DNA of 53,652 nt, taken from Nitrososphaerota archaeon (GTDB lineage Archaea > Thermoproteota > Nitrososphaeria > Nitrososphaerales > Nitrosopumilaceae). The notes under the pieces were generated by a model. The model was not told the origin of the DNA and ran no database searches. It worked only from the letters and a program-made list of their open reading frames with translations. The number at the start of each line of letters is the position of its first letter. The first letter of the stretch is position 1. Positions 35,507 to 44,100 of this stretch are shown here, piece after piece. The stretch covers positions 1 to 53,652 of the forward strand of contig JBQTIK010000037.1 in NCBI GenBank assembly GCA_052388195.1. Reading direction: 5' to 3'. A program made the translations under genes and the position numbers.

Positions 35507-36937
35507 TTGATTTTGATGAATGAGGATGCAGCATCTGCTTTAAACTATGCATTAAGTAGAGGGTTCCAAATTCATCCAGATGCATATAAAATTCTTGAAA
35601 AAATTGATTCAAAGGAACTTGAAAGGATAATCAAGCAAGTAGTACGTGAAAAGGCAAAGCAAAATCTGTTTTTAATAAATCAAAATGATTTGAAGGTGTT
35701 TGTTGACACACAGATTGATGAGAGTATTGAGGATAAACATGTAATTTTATCAGACCCAACAAAAAAAATCACCTCAGCTGAAGGAATTGAGGGTTTTGGT
35801 GCACTTTTTGTAGATAGATATTCAAAACTTTTGAAAATAATTCTACAGAGATCACAAGCAAAAAAACTATCTACAATTGAGACTGTAAAGGCAGGCAAAC
35901 CAAAAGATGGGGTGTTTGTCGCGGGTTTAGTTATGGACCGAAAAATAGACAGAGGTGTTACTAGGCTTATATTTGATGACCCCAGTGGTTCGCTTGAGAC
36001 GTTGGTTTTCGATAAAGATTTGCAGACAACTACAAACTCGCTCTTAATAGACCAGTTTGTAATGCAGCGTATTAGTACTGGGAAAAATGGTGGTTTTATC
36101 ACAAAAGAAGTTGTTGTACCAGACATACCAGATCATGTAGCAAATCGTTCAAAAACAGAGACGTACGCTGTCTTAATTTCAGATCTGCATGTAGGTAGCA
36201 AATATTTCATGGAAAAAGAGTTTGAGAGTTTTATCTTGTGGCTTTCAAGCCCAGATCCGGTTGCAAGAAAGGTTCGGTTTGTTTTAGTTTGTGGTGATAT
36301 AATTGATGGGGTTGGGATCTTCCCAAACCAAGACAAAGAGTTGCTTTTAATGGATATTGGCCAGCAGATGGAAAAGGCATCTCAGTTGCTTGATAAGATT
36401 CCAAAACACATCAAGGTGTTTATAGTTCCTGGGAATCATGATCCTGGTCGCAGAGCATTACCACAACCTGCCATACCAGAAAAACATAACCTGAATTTAT
36501 GGAATAGAGAAAATTTTTTCATGCTTGGTAATCCCTCCATGGTTGAGTTAAATGGTGTCAAGATCCTAATGTTTCATGGCCAGAGTTTGGACGATGTTGT
36601 TGGGACTACACCCGGCCTTAGCTATTCACAACCAGCAAAAGCAATGCGAGTTTTGTTAAAGGCAAGACATTTGAGCCCAATTTATGGAAAACGAACTCCC
36701 ATAGCACCTGAGCTTGAAGATATGATGGTAATAAATGAAATTCCTGATATATTCCACTCTGGTCACATTCATGTGGTAGATTTGGATATGTATAAGGGGG
36801 TCTTGATAGTAAATTCTGGCGCTTGGCAGACCCAGACACCATATCAGGTAAGTAATGGAATAACGCCAACTCCTGGCATTGTAGTCATTGTAAACTTGGC
36901 AACACTCAAAGTTTTTAGAAAAGACTTTACGGAATAA
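35507..36937 (+). CDS. polB: DNA polymerase D small subunit (DP1, Mre11-like phosphoesterase/exonuclease)
   Basis: Calcineurin-like motifs ISDLHVGS, VCGDIIDG, VPGNHDP, MFHGQ and SGHIH. The OB-fold region precedes them. The likelier ATG is at 35516. Confidence 0.9.
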   Translation: MILMNEDAASALNYALSRGFQIHPDAYKILEKIDSKELERIIKQVVREKAKQNLFLINQNDLKVFVDTQIDESIEDKHVILSDPTKKITSAEGIEGFGALFVDRYSKLLKIILQRSQAKKLSTIETVKAGKPKDGVFVAGLVMDRKIDRGVTRLIFDDPSGSLETLVFDKDLQTTTNSLLIDQFVMQRISTGKNGGFITKEVVVPDIPDHVANRSKTETYAVLISDLHVGSKYFMEKEFESFILWLSSPDPVARKVRFVLVCGDIIDGVGIFPNQDKELLLMDIGQQMEKASQLLDKIPKHIKVFIVPGNHDPGRRALPQPAIPEKHNLNLWNRENFFMLGNPSMVELNGVKILMFHGQSLDDVVGTTPGLSYSQPAKAMRVLLKARHLSPIYGKRTPIAPELEDMMVINEIPDIFHSGHIHVVDLDMYKGVLIVNSGAWQTQTPYQVSNGITPTPGIVVIVNLATLKVFRKDFTE

Positions 36938-36984
36938 AATTCTGTTTTAAAAAAATTAGTTCTGTTTGCTAGTTTGTTTTTTAA

Positions 36985-38208
36985 TTATAGTATGTCTGCT
37001 AGAATTATGTCATCTTTAAATGCATGTTTTACTATGTCGGGTTGAATTGTTAGGTTGTATTTTTTTGTCCTTCCATGCATTCCTTGGTGAATGATCTTTC
37101 CTGTAATTATACCAGAAAGTTCTATGTCGCCCAGAATTTGAGTTACCCTTCTTTGAGTAATCTCTTTTTGGCGAATTGTTTTGCAGAGGTTTTTGTAGGT
37201 ATGATATATCTCCCCAGTCGATGCGCCGTTTGCCTTCATGACTGCTATTATGAGCAACTTCTCATGAAGTGGATATGAGTTTAGTGCTGTAGTTTCTTTA
37301 TCCTCTTCCATTTTTTGAGAAGCTCTTCGTATATGTTCTTCTTTTACGGAGTCGGCTTGCTCTCGTTCAGCTAATTCTCCAGCAACACGTAGGAGGTCAA
37401 TTGCTCTTCTTGCATCACCGTGCTCTTGACCTGCCATGGCAGAACAGAGGTTGATTGCAGCTTGCTCTACAGCGCCTTCAATAAATGCCTCCTTTATTCT
37501 GCCAAGTAGGATTTGTTTGATTTGTTCTACAGTATAGTTTGTAAAAACAATCTCTTCTTCACTAAGACTGCTTAATACTCTGGGATCAAGTCTTTCTTTG
37601 AATGTTAGGTCGTTTGAGATTCCTATGAGTGTAAGTGAGCCTGTCTTGAGTCTCTCATTAGCTCTCGTTAAATTATACAAAATGTCTTTCCCTGTTTTTG
37701 AAATTAACTCTGCAAGATAGTCAATCTCATCTATCACAAAAACTGCGTTGTAAGAGTTTTGTTTAATCGATTCTAAAAGCCTGTTGAATACCTCACTAAT
37801 TGAGAGACCGGTTGTGGGTAGTTCTTTTTGTGTTTTGAGTCCCAATTGCCTGCCAAAACTTACTAGAAGGCCATATAGAGTGGTCTCTTCTTTTGCATTA
37901 GCATATACCAGTTTTATTGGAAAATCGCTTTTTTCAACTCGTTTTTGAATTTTAGATAAAACAGTCTTTACTACAAGTGTTTTTCCTGTTCCAGGTTTAC
38001 CATAAACAAGCAGGTTAGACGGTCGTGATTTTTTAAGAATTGGTAACAGTGATTGTGTAACTTTAGCGAGTTCTTCATCCCTATGCAAAATTACCTCTGG
38101 GATAAATGTAAAATGCAAGACGTCTCTTTTTCTAAGTAGGGACTTACCAGTTGCTACATTGTCAAGAAGCCGGTCTACAGGATCATGGTTTGCCAAGTAC
38201 CCCCACAC
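36985..38208 (-). CDS. cdc6: Orc1/Cdc6 replication initiator
   Basis: Walker A YGKPGTGKT and Walker B FVIDEIDYL. Sensor region GDARRAIDLLR and a C-terminal winged helix. GTG start per the track. Confidence 0.95.
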   Translation of the reverse strand: MWGYLANHDPVDRLLDNVATGKSLLRKRDVLHFTFIPEVILHRDEELAKVTQSLLPILKKSRPSNLLVYGKPGTGKTLVVKTVLSKIQKRVEKSDFPIKLVYANAKEETTLYGLLVSFGRQLGLKTQKELPTTGLSISEVFNRLLESIKQNSYNAVFVIDEIDYLAELISKTGKDILYNLTRANERLKTGSLTLIGISNDLTFKERLDPRVLSSLSEEEIVFTNYTVEQIKQILLGRIKEAFIEGAVEQAAINLCSAMAGQEHGDARRAIDLLRVAGELAEREQADSVKEEHIRRASQKMEEDKETTALNSYPLHEKLLIIAVMKANGASTGEIYHTYKNLCKTIRQKEITQRRVTQILGDIELSGIITGKIIHQGMHGRTKKYNLTIQPDIVKHAFKDDIILADIL

Positions 38209-38286
38209 CTACATTTCTTCTCTGTCCACATATTGACTCTATCTTAAGTTAATCTAATTAGAATAGAATCACTAAAGCAAGTTTAG

Positions 38287-38334
38287 TTTATCATTAATTA
38301 TTTTTATTTTTCTTAAAAAAAATTTTTTAATAAA
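38287..38334. other. AT-rich duplex-unwinding-element candidate
   Basis: 48 nt with only two non-A/T bases: tttatcattaattatttttatttttcttaaaaaaaattttttaataaa. Confidence 0.6.
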
Positions 38335-38356
38335 GCTAGAGTGGAAAGCACGGTGT
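38332..38356 (-). repeat. Degenerate inverted origin recognition box
   Basis: aaagctaGAGTGGAAAgcacggtgt matches the reverse complement of the 25-mer at 16/25 positions. The GAGTGGAAA core is intact. Confidence 0.5.
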
Positions 38357-38376
38357 GTGGGTCTGTCTGGAATTAA

Positions 38377-38392
38377 CTTAACAATTGTTAAG
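38377..38392. promoter_or_regulatory. Perfect 16-bp palindrome CTTAACAATTGTTAAG (member of the GTTAAC motif array)
   Basis: Read directly. It is self-complementary over all 16 positions. Confidence 0.4.
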
Positions 38393-38428
38393 ACCGTGTT
38401 AAGATAGAACACCCAAAAGCCGGTTTTA

Positions 38429-38453
38429 ACCCCCATATTTCCACTCCAGGCAT
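38429..38453 (+). repeat. Origin recognition box ORB-1 (25-mer ACCCCCATATTTCCACTCCAGGCAT)
   Basis: Perfect copy 1. Its reverse complement, CCTGGAGTGGAAATATGGGGG, shows the ORB core plus G-string. Confidence 0.75.
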
Positions 38454-38490
38454 GAATTATCTTCTTAACATTGTTAACTAGGCAGGGACG

Positions 38491-38515
38491 ACCCCCATAT
38501 TTCCACTCCAGGCAT
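38491..38515 (+). repeat. Origin recognition box ORB-2 (identical 25-mer)
   Basis: Perfect copy 2, 62 bp downstream of copy 1 and in the same orientation. Confidence 0.75.
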
Positions 38516-38670
38516 AGTTTTTAATACATAGTGGAGCCATTATACAGGACGGCTGTTAAAGTGCAAAAAACTACTAGGCGTGGGCTAGGCAGTGAATGTT
38601 AACAAACCCACTAGTTAACAAATCTTCTTTGATCTGTTCAAGTGTTAAGGTGTTAACCCGATCGATCACA

Positions 38671-39078
38671 ATGGTAAGAAAGAAGATTAGAATTGACTTG
38701 GAGGACACTGAAGGAGCTAAGTATAACTTTAGTCTAGAAGGCAACGTCACAAGAGAAAAAATGCTCAAGATATTCGAGTTAATGGATTTGATAAATATAG
38801 AGGAAAACCAAGAGGGGTCACATATTTTGGACTCGGTCGGAGCCAAAATCTGGAACACTGTAGATAAGTACTTTCCATTAGGTAAGTTCACCTCATCGGC
38901 CATTCTTGAGAAATACGAAGACGAGTATGCTGAACCTATCAAACTTAGCATAATATCCACATACCTGGCTAGATTTGCCTCAAAAGGCAAGGTAGTAAGA
39001 ACAAAACAAGGCAGAGAATGGGCCTATCAAATAATTAAAATCCCACAAAAACAACACAACTCTTTCCTAAACAAATAG
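38671..39078 (+). CDS. 135-aa hypothetical protein with C-terminal winged-helix-like domain
   Basis: I start it at ATG 38671 (MVRKKIRIDLEDTEG), not the track TTG at 38596, which would translate the motif array. LSIISTYLARFASKGKVVRTKQGREWAY resembles a recognition helix plus wing. Confidence 0.5.
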   Translation: MVRKKIRIDLEDTEGAKYNFSLEGNVTREKMLKIFELMDLINIEENQEGSHILDSVGAKIWNTVDKYFPLGKFTSSAILEKYEDEYAEPIKLSIISTYLARFASKGKVVRTKQGREWAYQIIKIPQKQHNSFLNK

Positions 39079-39081
39079 GTC

Positions 39082-39243
39082 TTAAGAAATTATTACTTTC
39101 TTTATAACAAGGTGGTCTTGGTTCATTATCACTTTGACATAATCACCTTTTTGCAGCTCCAAAAACCTCCTGAACTGTTTTGGGATTGAGATTGTACCAC
39201 CAGATGTGATCTTAACCAACTCCTCATTCTCCTGAACAGTCAT
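39082..39243 (-). CDS. 53-aa AbrB/MazE/SpoVT-type DNA-binding protein
   Basis: Hand translation gives MTVQENEELVKITSGGTISIPKQFRRFLELQKGDYVKVIMNQDHLVIKKVIIS*. It fits the SpoVT-AbrB pattern (G.i.IPk..R..l.l..GD.v). Below the ORF-track cutoff. Confidence 0.6.
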   Translation of the reverse strand: MTVQENEELVKITSGGTISIPKQFRRFLELQKGDYVKVIMNQDHLVIKKVIIS

Positions 39244-39345
39244 ATTATTAAATAATTAGTTTCTATATTTAAGATTTTATAATTTTAATAATATAATAAA
39301 ATGGATGGTATTAGGCCGGTTTGGTAATGGATTATCAAATTTTTA

Positions 39346-39948
39346 CTATTGGAGTGTTGCTATTTTGATCAGACCGATCTTAGCTTTACCCTTGTCAGTT
39401 ATGTAATAAGTAAAGGGTTTGGTTTTCATATTCCGCTCCACATAACCTTCTTCAAAAAGTTTCTTCATCATCCTTGACGTGTGCTCCCTAGTTCTACCTA
39501 TTGTGATTTGTATGTCACGTGATGTCATTGACTTTTCTGTGATTAGCTTCAACACATAATCTACAGCATTACCAAAGTTCATGTTATGCATACGTTCCTT
39601 AACCTCCTCTTGAGAGCTGGTACGCAAATCTTGCTTTGCATGCCTTTCTACACTCTTCAATAATGGTTCTAGCACCTGGTCCTCTCTACCCAACTCTAGG
39701 GAATCCAAACGTATCTTCATATCAATTAATTGGTTCTCATAATACTGTAAGCGCTCCAATTGAGAACCAAGTTGATCCGCCCCTGTTCTTATGAGGGGTT
39801 TTACCTTGTTGTATATCACAATGGCAAAAAGGCCGCTTAGAAACGCTACAAAAACACCAATCATCACACCTACGTCAGGGATTTCTACTAACATCACACA
39901 ACTTGACCAACGATTGTGATTTACCATGTTAGAGCAGCTTTTTTTCAC
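39346..39948 (-). CDS. Membrane-anchored coiled-coil protein with C-terminal MarR/ArsR-like winged HTH
   Basis: TM helix VGVMIGVFVAFLSGLFAIVIY and coiled coil LERLQYYENQLIDMKIRLDSLEL. wHTH: MTSRDIQITIGRTREHTSRMMKKLFEEGYVERNMKTKPFTYYITDKG. The start may instead be the ATG at 39894. Confidence 0.6.
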   Translation of the reverse strand: MKKSCSNMVNHNRWSSCVMLVEIPDVGVMIGVFVAFLSGLFAIVIYNKVKPLIRTGADQLGSQLERLQYYENQLIDMKIRLDSLELGREDQVLEPLLKSVERHAKQDLRTSSQEEVKERMHNMNFGNAVDYVLKLITEKSMTSRDIQITIGRTREHTSRMMKKLFEEGYVERNMKTKPFTYYITDKGKAKIGLIKIATLQ

Positions 39949-40020
39949 ACACTACACATCAATCACAACATCATGACTGCCTTGGAATATACTGGTTTTT
40001 TATGCATGAAATAAACCACA

Positions 40021-40383
40021 TCACACTCTACAAGCGCGGCGAAGTAGCTCTTCAATCACTGTGATGATCTCTTCTTCCCTTTTGGGGAAAACATCACTAC
40101 CTTGTATCACAGAAACCTGCTGGGAAAGCCTTGACATTAACTCTATATCCTCAGGAAGAAGCACTCCAAGACCCCTAAGCAGGATTACAGAGTAGTACAA
40201 AGCCAGCAGCTTCTCTCTTGACTGCCTTACTTGCCTGAAATATGCTCCTTTTGTTATACTAAACTGGCTTTTTTGTAGGTCTGACTGATTTAGAATAATT
40301 TGAATTTGTCTTTCAGTAAACAATGATTTTTTTATAATTTGTCTTATTATATTATTAAAAATAGGATCGTGCGGCTCCACCAT
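40021..40383 (-). CDS. 120-aa hypothetical protein, possible sigma70-r4/LuxR-like HTH
   Basis: LFTERQIQIILNQ...FSITKGAYFRQVRQSREKL loosely fits an HTH pattern. This gene looks more GC-rich than its neighbours by eye. Confidence 0.45.
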   Translation of the reverse strand: MVEPHDPIFNNIIRQIIKKSLFTERQIQIILNQSDLQKSQFSITKGAYFRQVRQSREKLLALYYSVILLRGLGVLLPEDIELMSRLSQQVSVIQGSDVFPKREEEIITVIEELLRRACRV

Positions 40384-40447
40384 AGCTATACAAATCTGTA
40401 TACTAGGTTCGAATTAAACTTTAAAAAGTTCATGATTAAGCAGTCTT

Positions 40448-41197
40448 ATGACAAGCGTAGAAGGCTATCTTAAAACCACTCTTAAGAAAAAGAAAGCTTT
40501 GCTTTTCATTCTCATTGATTCTGAAATATCTGAGATAAAACCCACAATTGCACTTGCAAAGAATGTTGAAAAGATTGGCGCCTCGGCAATTCTTATTGGT
40601 GGCTCATCTGCTACAGATCAGCTTGGTATGACCGAGGTTGTCAAATCTCTAAAAAAATCACTAAAAATTCCAATCATCCTCTTTCCAGGTAATGTGACAG
40701 GTGTTGTCCCTGGGGCTGATGCAATTTTATTTAGCTCACTTTTGAATTCCGAAAATCCATACTTTATCTCACAGGCCCAAGCATTGGGAGCACCAAACGT
40801 CCTAAAGTTTGGTCTTGAGGCACTTCCAACAGCTTACATCGTGATAGGTGAAGGGACCTCAGCTTGGTTTGTGGGAGCTGCAAGAGGGATACCATTTGAT
40901 AAGGCAAACATAGCAGCCATGTATGCTCTTTCAGCACAATACCTTGGAATGAGATTTGTCTATCTTGAGGCAGGTTCTGGCGCATCATCTCATGTGAAAC
41001 CAGAAATGGTAAAAGCGATCCGTAAAGTCTTCAAAGGATTTTTGATCGTAGGTGGCGGGATACGAAACTCTCAAACCGCAGGTGAGCTTGTTAAAGCTGG
41101 AGCCAATGCCTTGGTTGTGGGAACGTTAGCAGAAAAAAATGGCAGTCTTAAGATTCTAGCCGATATCATAAAAACCATCCAGAGTGTAAAGAGATAA
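40448..41197 (+). CDS. Geranylgeranylglyceryl phosphate synthase (GGGPS/PcrB family)
   Basis: LFILIDSE, ILIGGS, ILFPGN, YLEAGSGA and VGGGIR blocks are typical of GGGPS TIM barrels. Confidence 0.85.
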   Translation: MTSVEGYLKTTLKKKKALLFILIDSEISEIKPTIALAKNVEKIGASAILIGGSSATDQLGMTEVVKSLKKSLKIPIILFPGNVTGVVPGADAILFSSLLNSENPYFISQAQALGAPNVLKFGLEALPTAYIVIGEGTSAWFVGAARGIPFDKANIAAMYALSAQYLGMRFVYLEAGSGASSHVKPEMVKAIRKVFKGFLIVGGGIRNSQTAGELVKAGANALVVGTLAEKNGSLKILADIIKTIQSVKR

Positions 41198-41198
41198 C

Positions 41199-44100
41199 AT
41201 GTCTGAGATTGTAGCATTCCGACTCCAAGAGACCCCAATGCCTAATTATTATCTTGATTACTATACCAAAATCTCAAAAGAGGTCTTTTCTACCTTTGAG
41301 AAGGCCGCTGCTGCAAAATCCACTCTTGCCGATTCATCTGGAATGGTAGAACCAAAAATTGCATTTGACTTGGCAGATCGTGTCTCCAAAATGCATGAGA
41401 TTGATGTTACTGATAACTTGAGAGCCCTAATACAAAAAACCACAAAAGAATTTGCTGCCCTAAATCTTTCTGAAGAGATTGCGCGTGGTAAGTATTCTGG
41501 ACTAGATGCTACACTGGAAGAAAAACTTGATTTGGCAGTAAGAGTAGGCCTTGCCATCGTAACTGAGGGAGTTACTATAGCTCCACTGCAGGGGATTCAC
41601 GAAGTAAAGATAAAGAAGAATCGGGATGGTTCTGAGTATCTATCTGTCTCTTTTGCTGGTCCTATCAGGTCAGCTGGAGGGACAGAGGCGGCCTCTACTA
41701 TGTTGATTGCAGATCATGTCAGAAAGATTGCTGGTCTTGCAAAATATGAGGCAAATTCTTTTGATGATGAGACAGGCAGATTCGTTGAGGAGTTAAGACT
41801 CTATGAAAGGGAAGCGGGGAACTTCCAATATCACGTTGCAGATGAGGATGTTGTTGCTGTGATATCAAATCTACCAGTAGAGCTAAATGGTGTTGATACC
41901 GACCCAATAGAAATTGTCAGTCATAGAAACATGGCTCGCATTAGCACAAACAGAGTAAGGGGCGGTGCACTTCGAGTTCTAAACGACGGTTTGATCGGAA
42001 AGTCAAGAAAGTTGCTAAAACTCATTGAGCTATTCAAACTGGATGGGTGGGACTGGCTAAAAGATCTTAAAGGAGCAATCCAAACTGGTGACGAAGATGC
42101 CGCCTCTCATAGGATGAGAGAGGTCATAACCGGAAGGTCTGTACTTTCAATGCCAAAAAAAATTGGAGGGTTTAGACTCAGATATGGTAGGGCATGTAAC
42201 ACAGGCTTTGCCACAGTTGGGATACACCCTGTTGTGGCGGAGATATTAGACCACACCATAACTGTTGGAACACAGATCAAACTTGATATCCCAGGCAAAG
42301 CCTCGACTGTTGCCTTTGTAGATTCACTTGACACCCCGGTAGTTAGGCTTGTAAACGGAAATGTTGTAAAAATCAAAAACACAGCTCATGGGATCAAACT
42401 AAAAGGTCAGATTGAAAAGATCCTCCATCTTGGCGACATTCTGATTAGCTATGGTGATTTTTTAGAAAACAACGCTGAACTTGTGCCTACCGGATATGTG
42501 GAGGAATATTGGATAGAAGAGCTCAAGACAAAACTTGCAAAATACGAGTCACAGGATCCAACTCTTTTGCAATACATTTCAAAAATTCCAAGCTTGGATG
42601 AGGCGTTTAAAATATCATTTGATTTTAACCTGCCACTTCATCCAAACTACCTGTATTTTTGGGATCATCTATCATCTCAAGAATTTGAACAGATTCTAAA
42701 ACCAATAAGTGCAGAACCAGACTTGATAATCTACCAAAAAAACTGTAAACAAATCCTTGAAAAACTTGGCATCCCACATGAGATTGCAAAAGATTCAATT
42801 CTACTAAAAACAACTGAAGCTAAGATTTTCTTTTATTTGCTCTTTAGAAAGCCAATTAAGTTTGATAGCTCCCTGACTGTTCCCCAAATGATTTCACAAA
42901 CATCTGGAATAAAGATCTGCAACAAGTTTTCTACTGCAGTAGGAGTAAGGGTAGGTAGGCCAGAAAAAGCTGCACCACGAAAGATGAAACCACCAGTTCA
43001 CACACTATTTCCCGTGGGTAGTAAAGGCGGGGCTTCACGTGATTTAGTCAAAGCATCAAAACAGGCCGACTTTTACTGCAACATCAGCAATCGGATTTGC
43101 AAAAACTGTAACGAACTATCAATTGGCATAGCTTGTCCAAAATGCAAAAGTAAAACAACATTGGTTTTTATCTGCCCCATTTGCAGAGCTGAGCTTGATT
43201 CTAATTTCTGTTCAAAATGCAAGAAAAATGCGGTTTCACATACATACAAGGCATTTCCTCTCAAAGAACGGCTTTTTGCTGTACAGGAAAAGACTGGTAT
43301 CCGAGTTCAAGAGCCATTTAAGGGAGTAAAAGAACTCATAAATCAAGACAGGATAGCGGAACCTCTCGAAAAAGGCATCATAAGACAGAGTCTAGGCCTC
43401 AACGTATTCAAAGATGGAACGATAAGATTTGATGCAACAAACGCACCCCTTACTCACTTTAAACCAGAATGGGTTGGCACCTCATTAGAAAAGCTTGCAG
43501 AGCTTGGCTATACCCATGACACTGATGGCAAACCGCTTGTCAGGCCTGATCAACTTGTTGAGCTTAGAATGCAGGATGCTATCATTCCGTATGAGTCTGG
43601 GGAATATTTGGTTCAGACATCTCAATACATCGACAAAGAATTTGAAAAGCTATTTGGTCACTCGGCTTTTTACAAAGTGAAAAACACCGATGATCTTGTT
43701 GGGCATCTAATAATTGGATTAGCTCCTCACACCTCAGTTGGAATTGTTGGACGAATAATTGGATATACAAACACACATGTGTGCTATGGTACACCTGTAT
43801 GGCACTCTGCAAAAAGGCGTGACGCAGATGGTGATGCTGACTCTATTATGCTTTTAATGGATAGTCTACTCAACTTCTCAAGGCAGTTTCTGTCAGACAG
43901 AATAGGTGGGCTTATGGACGCACCTCTACTAGTACAACCCGTAGTTATGCCACAAGAGGTGCAAAGACAAGCACACAACTTTGAGGTTGCAAGCACCCTG
44001 CCAATCTCGTTTTTTGAAGCAACTTTGGCGCGACAAAAGGCAAGTGAGGTAAAGGATGTTGAAACTCTAAAATCAAGACTTGAGACAGAAAAACAATTTT

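Larger units (their letters stand above)
38209..38670. other. Predicted chromosomal replication origin (oriC) region
   Basis: 462-bp non-coding region abutting the orc1/cdc6 start. It contains ORB repeats and an AT-rich unwinding element, listed as separate features below. Confidence 0.75.

Noticed and set aside
35680-36126. 148-aa minus ORF inside polD small subunit
   Set aside because: Antisense shadow of a gene with clear phosphoesterase motifs.
38574-38990. 138-aa minus-strand ORF, and the TTG-extended 5' part (38596-38670) of the plus-strand ORF
   Set aside because: The minus ORF is Ser/Leu/Ile-rich antisense shadow of the better-looking + strand gene. The + strand extension would translate the GTTAAC motif array, so ATG 38671 is preferred.
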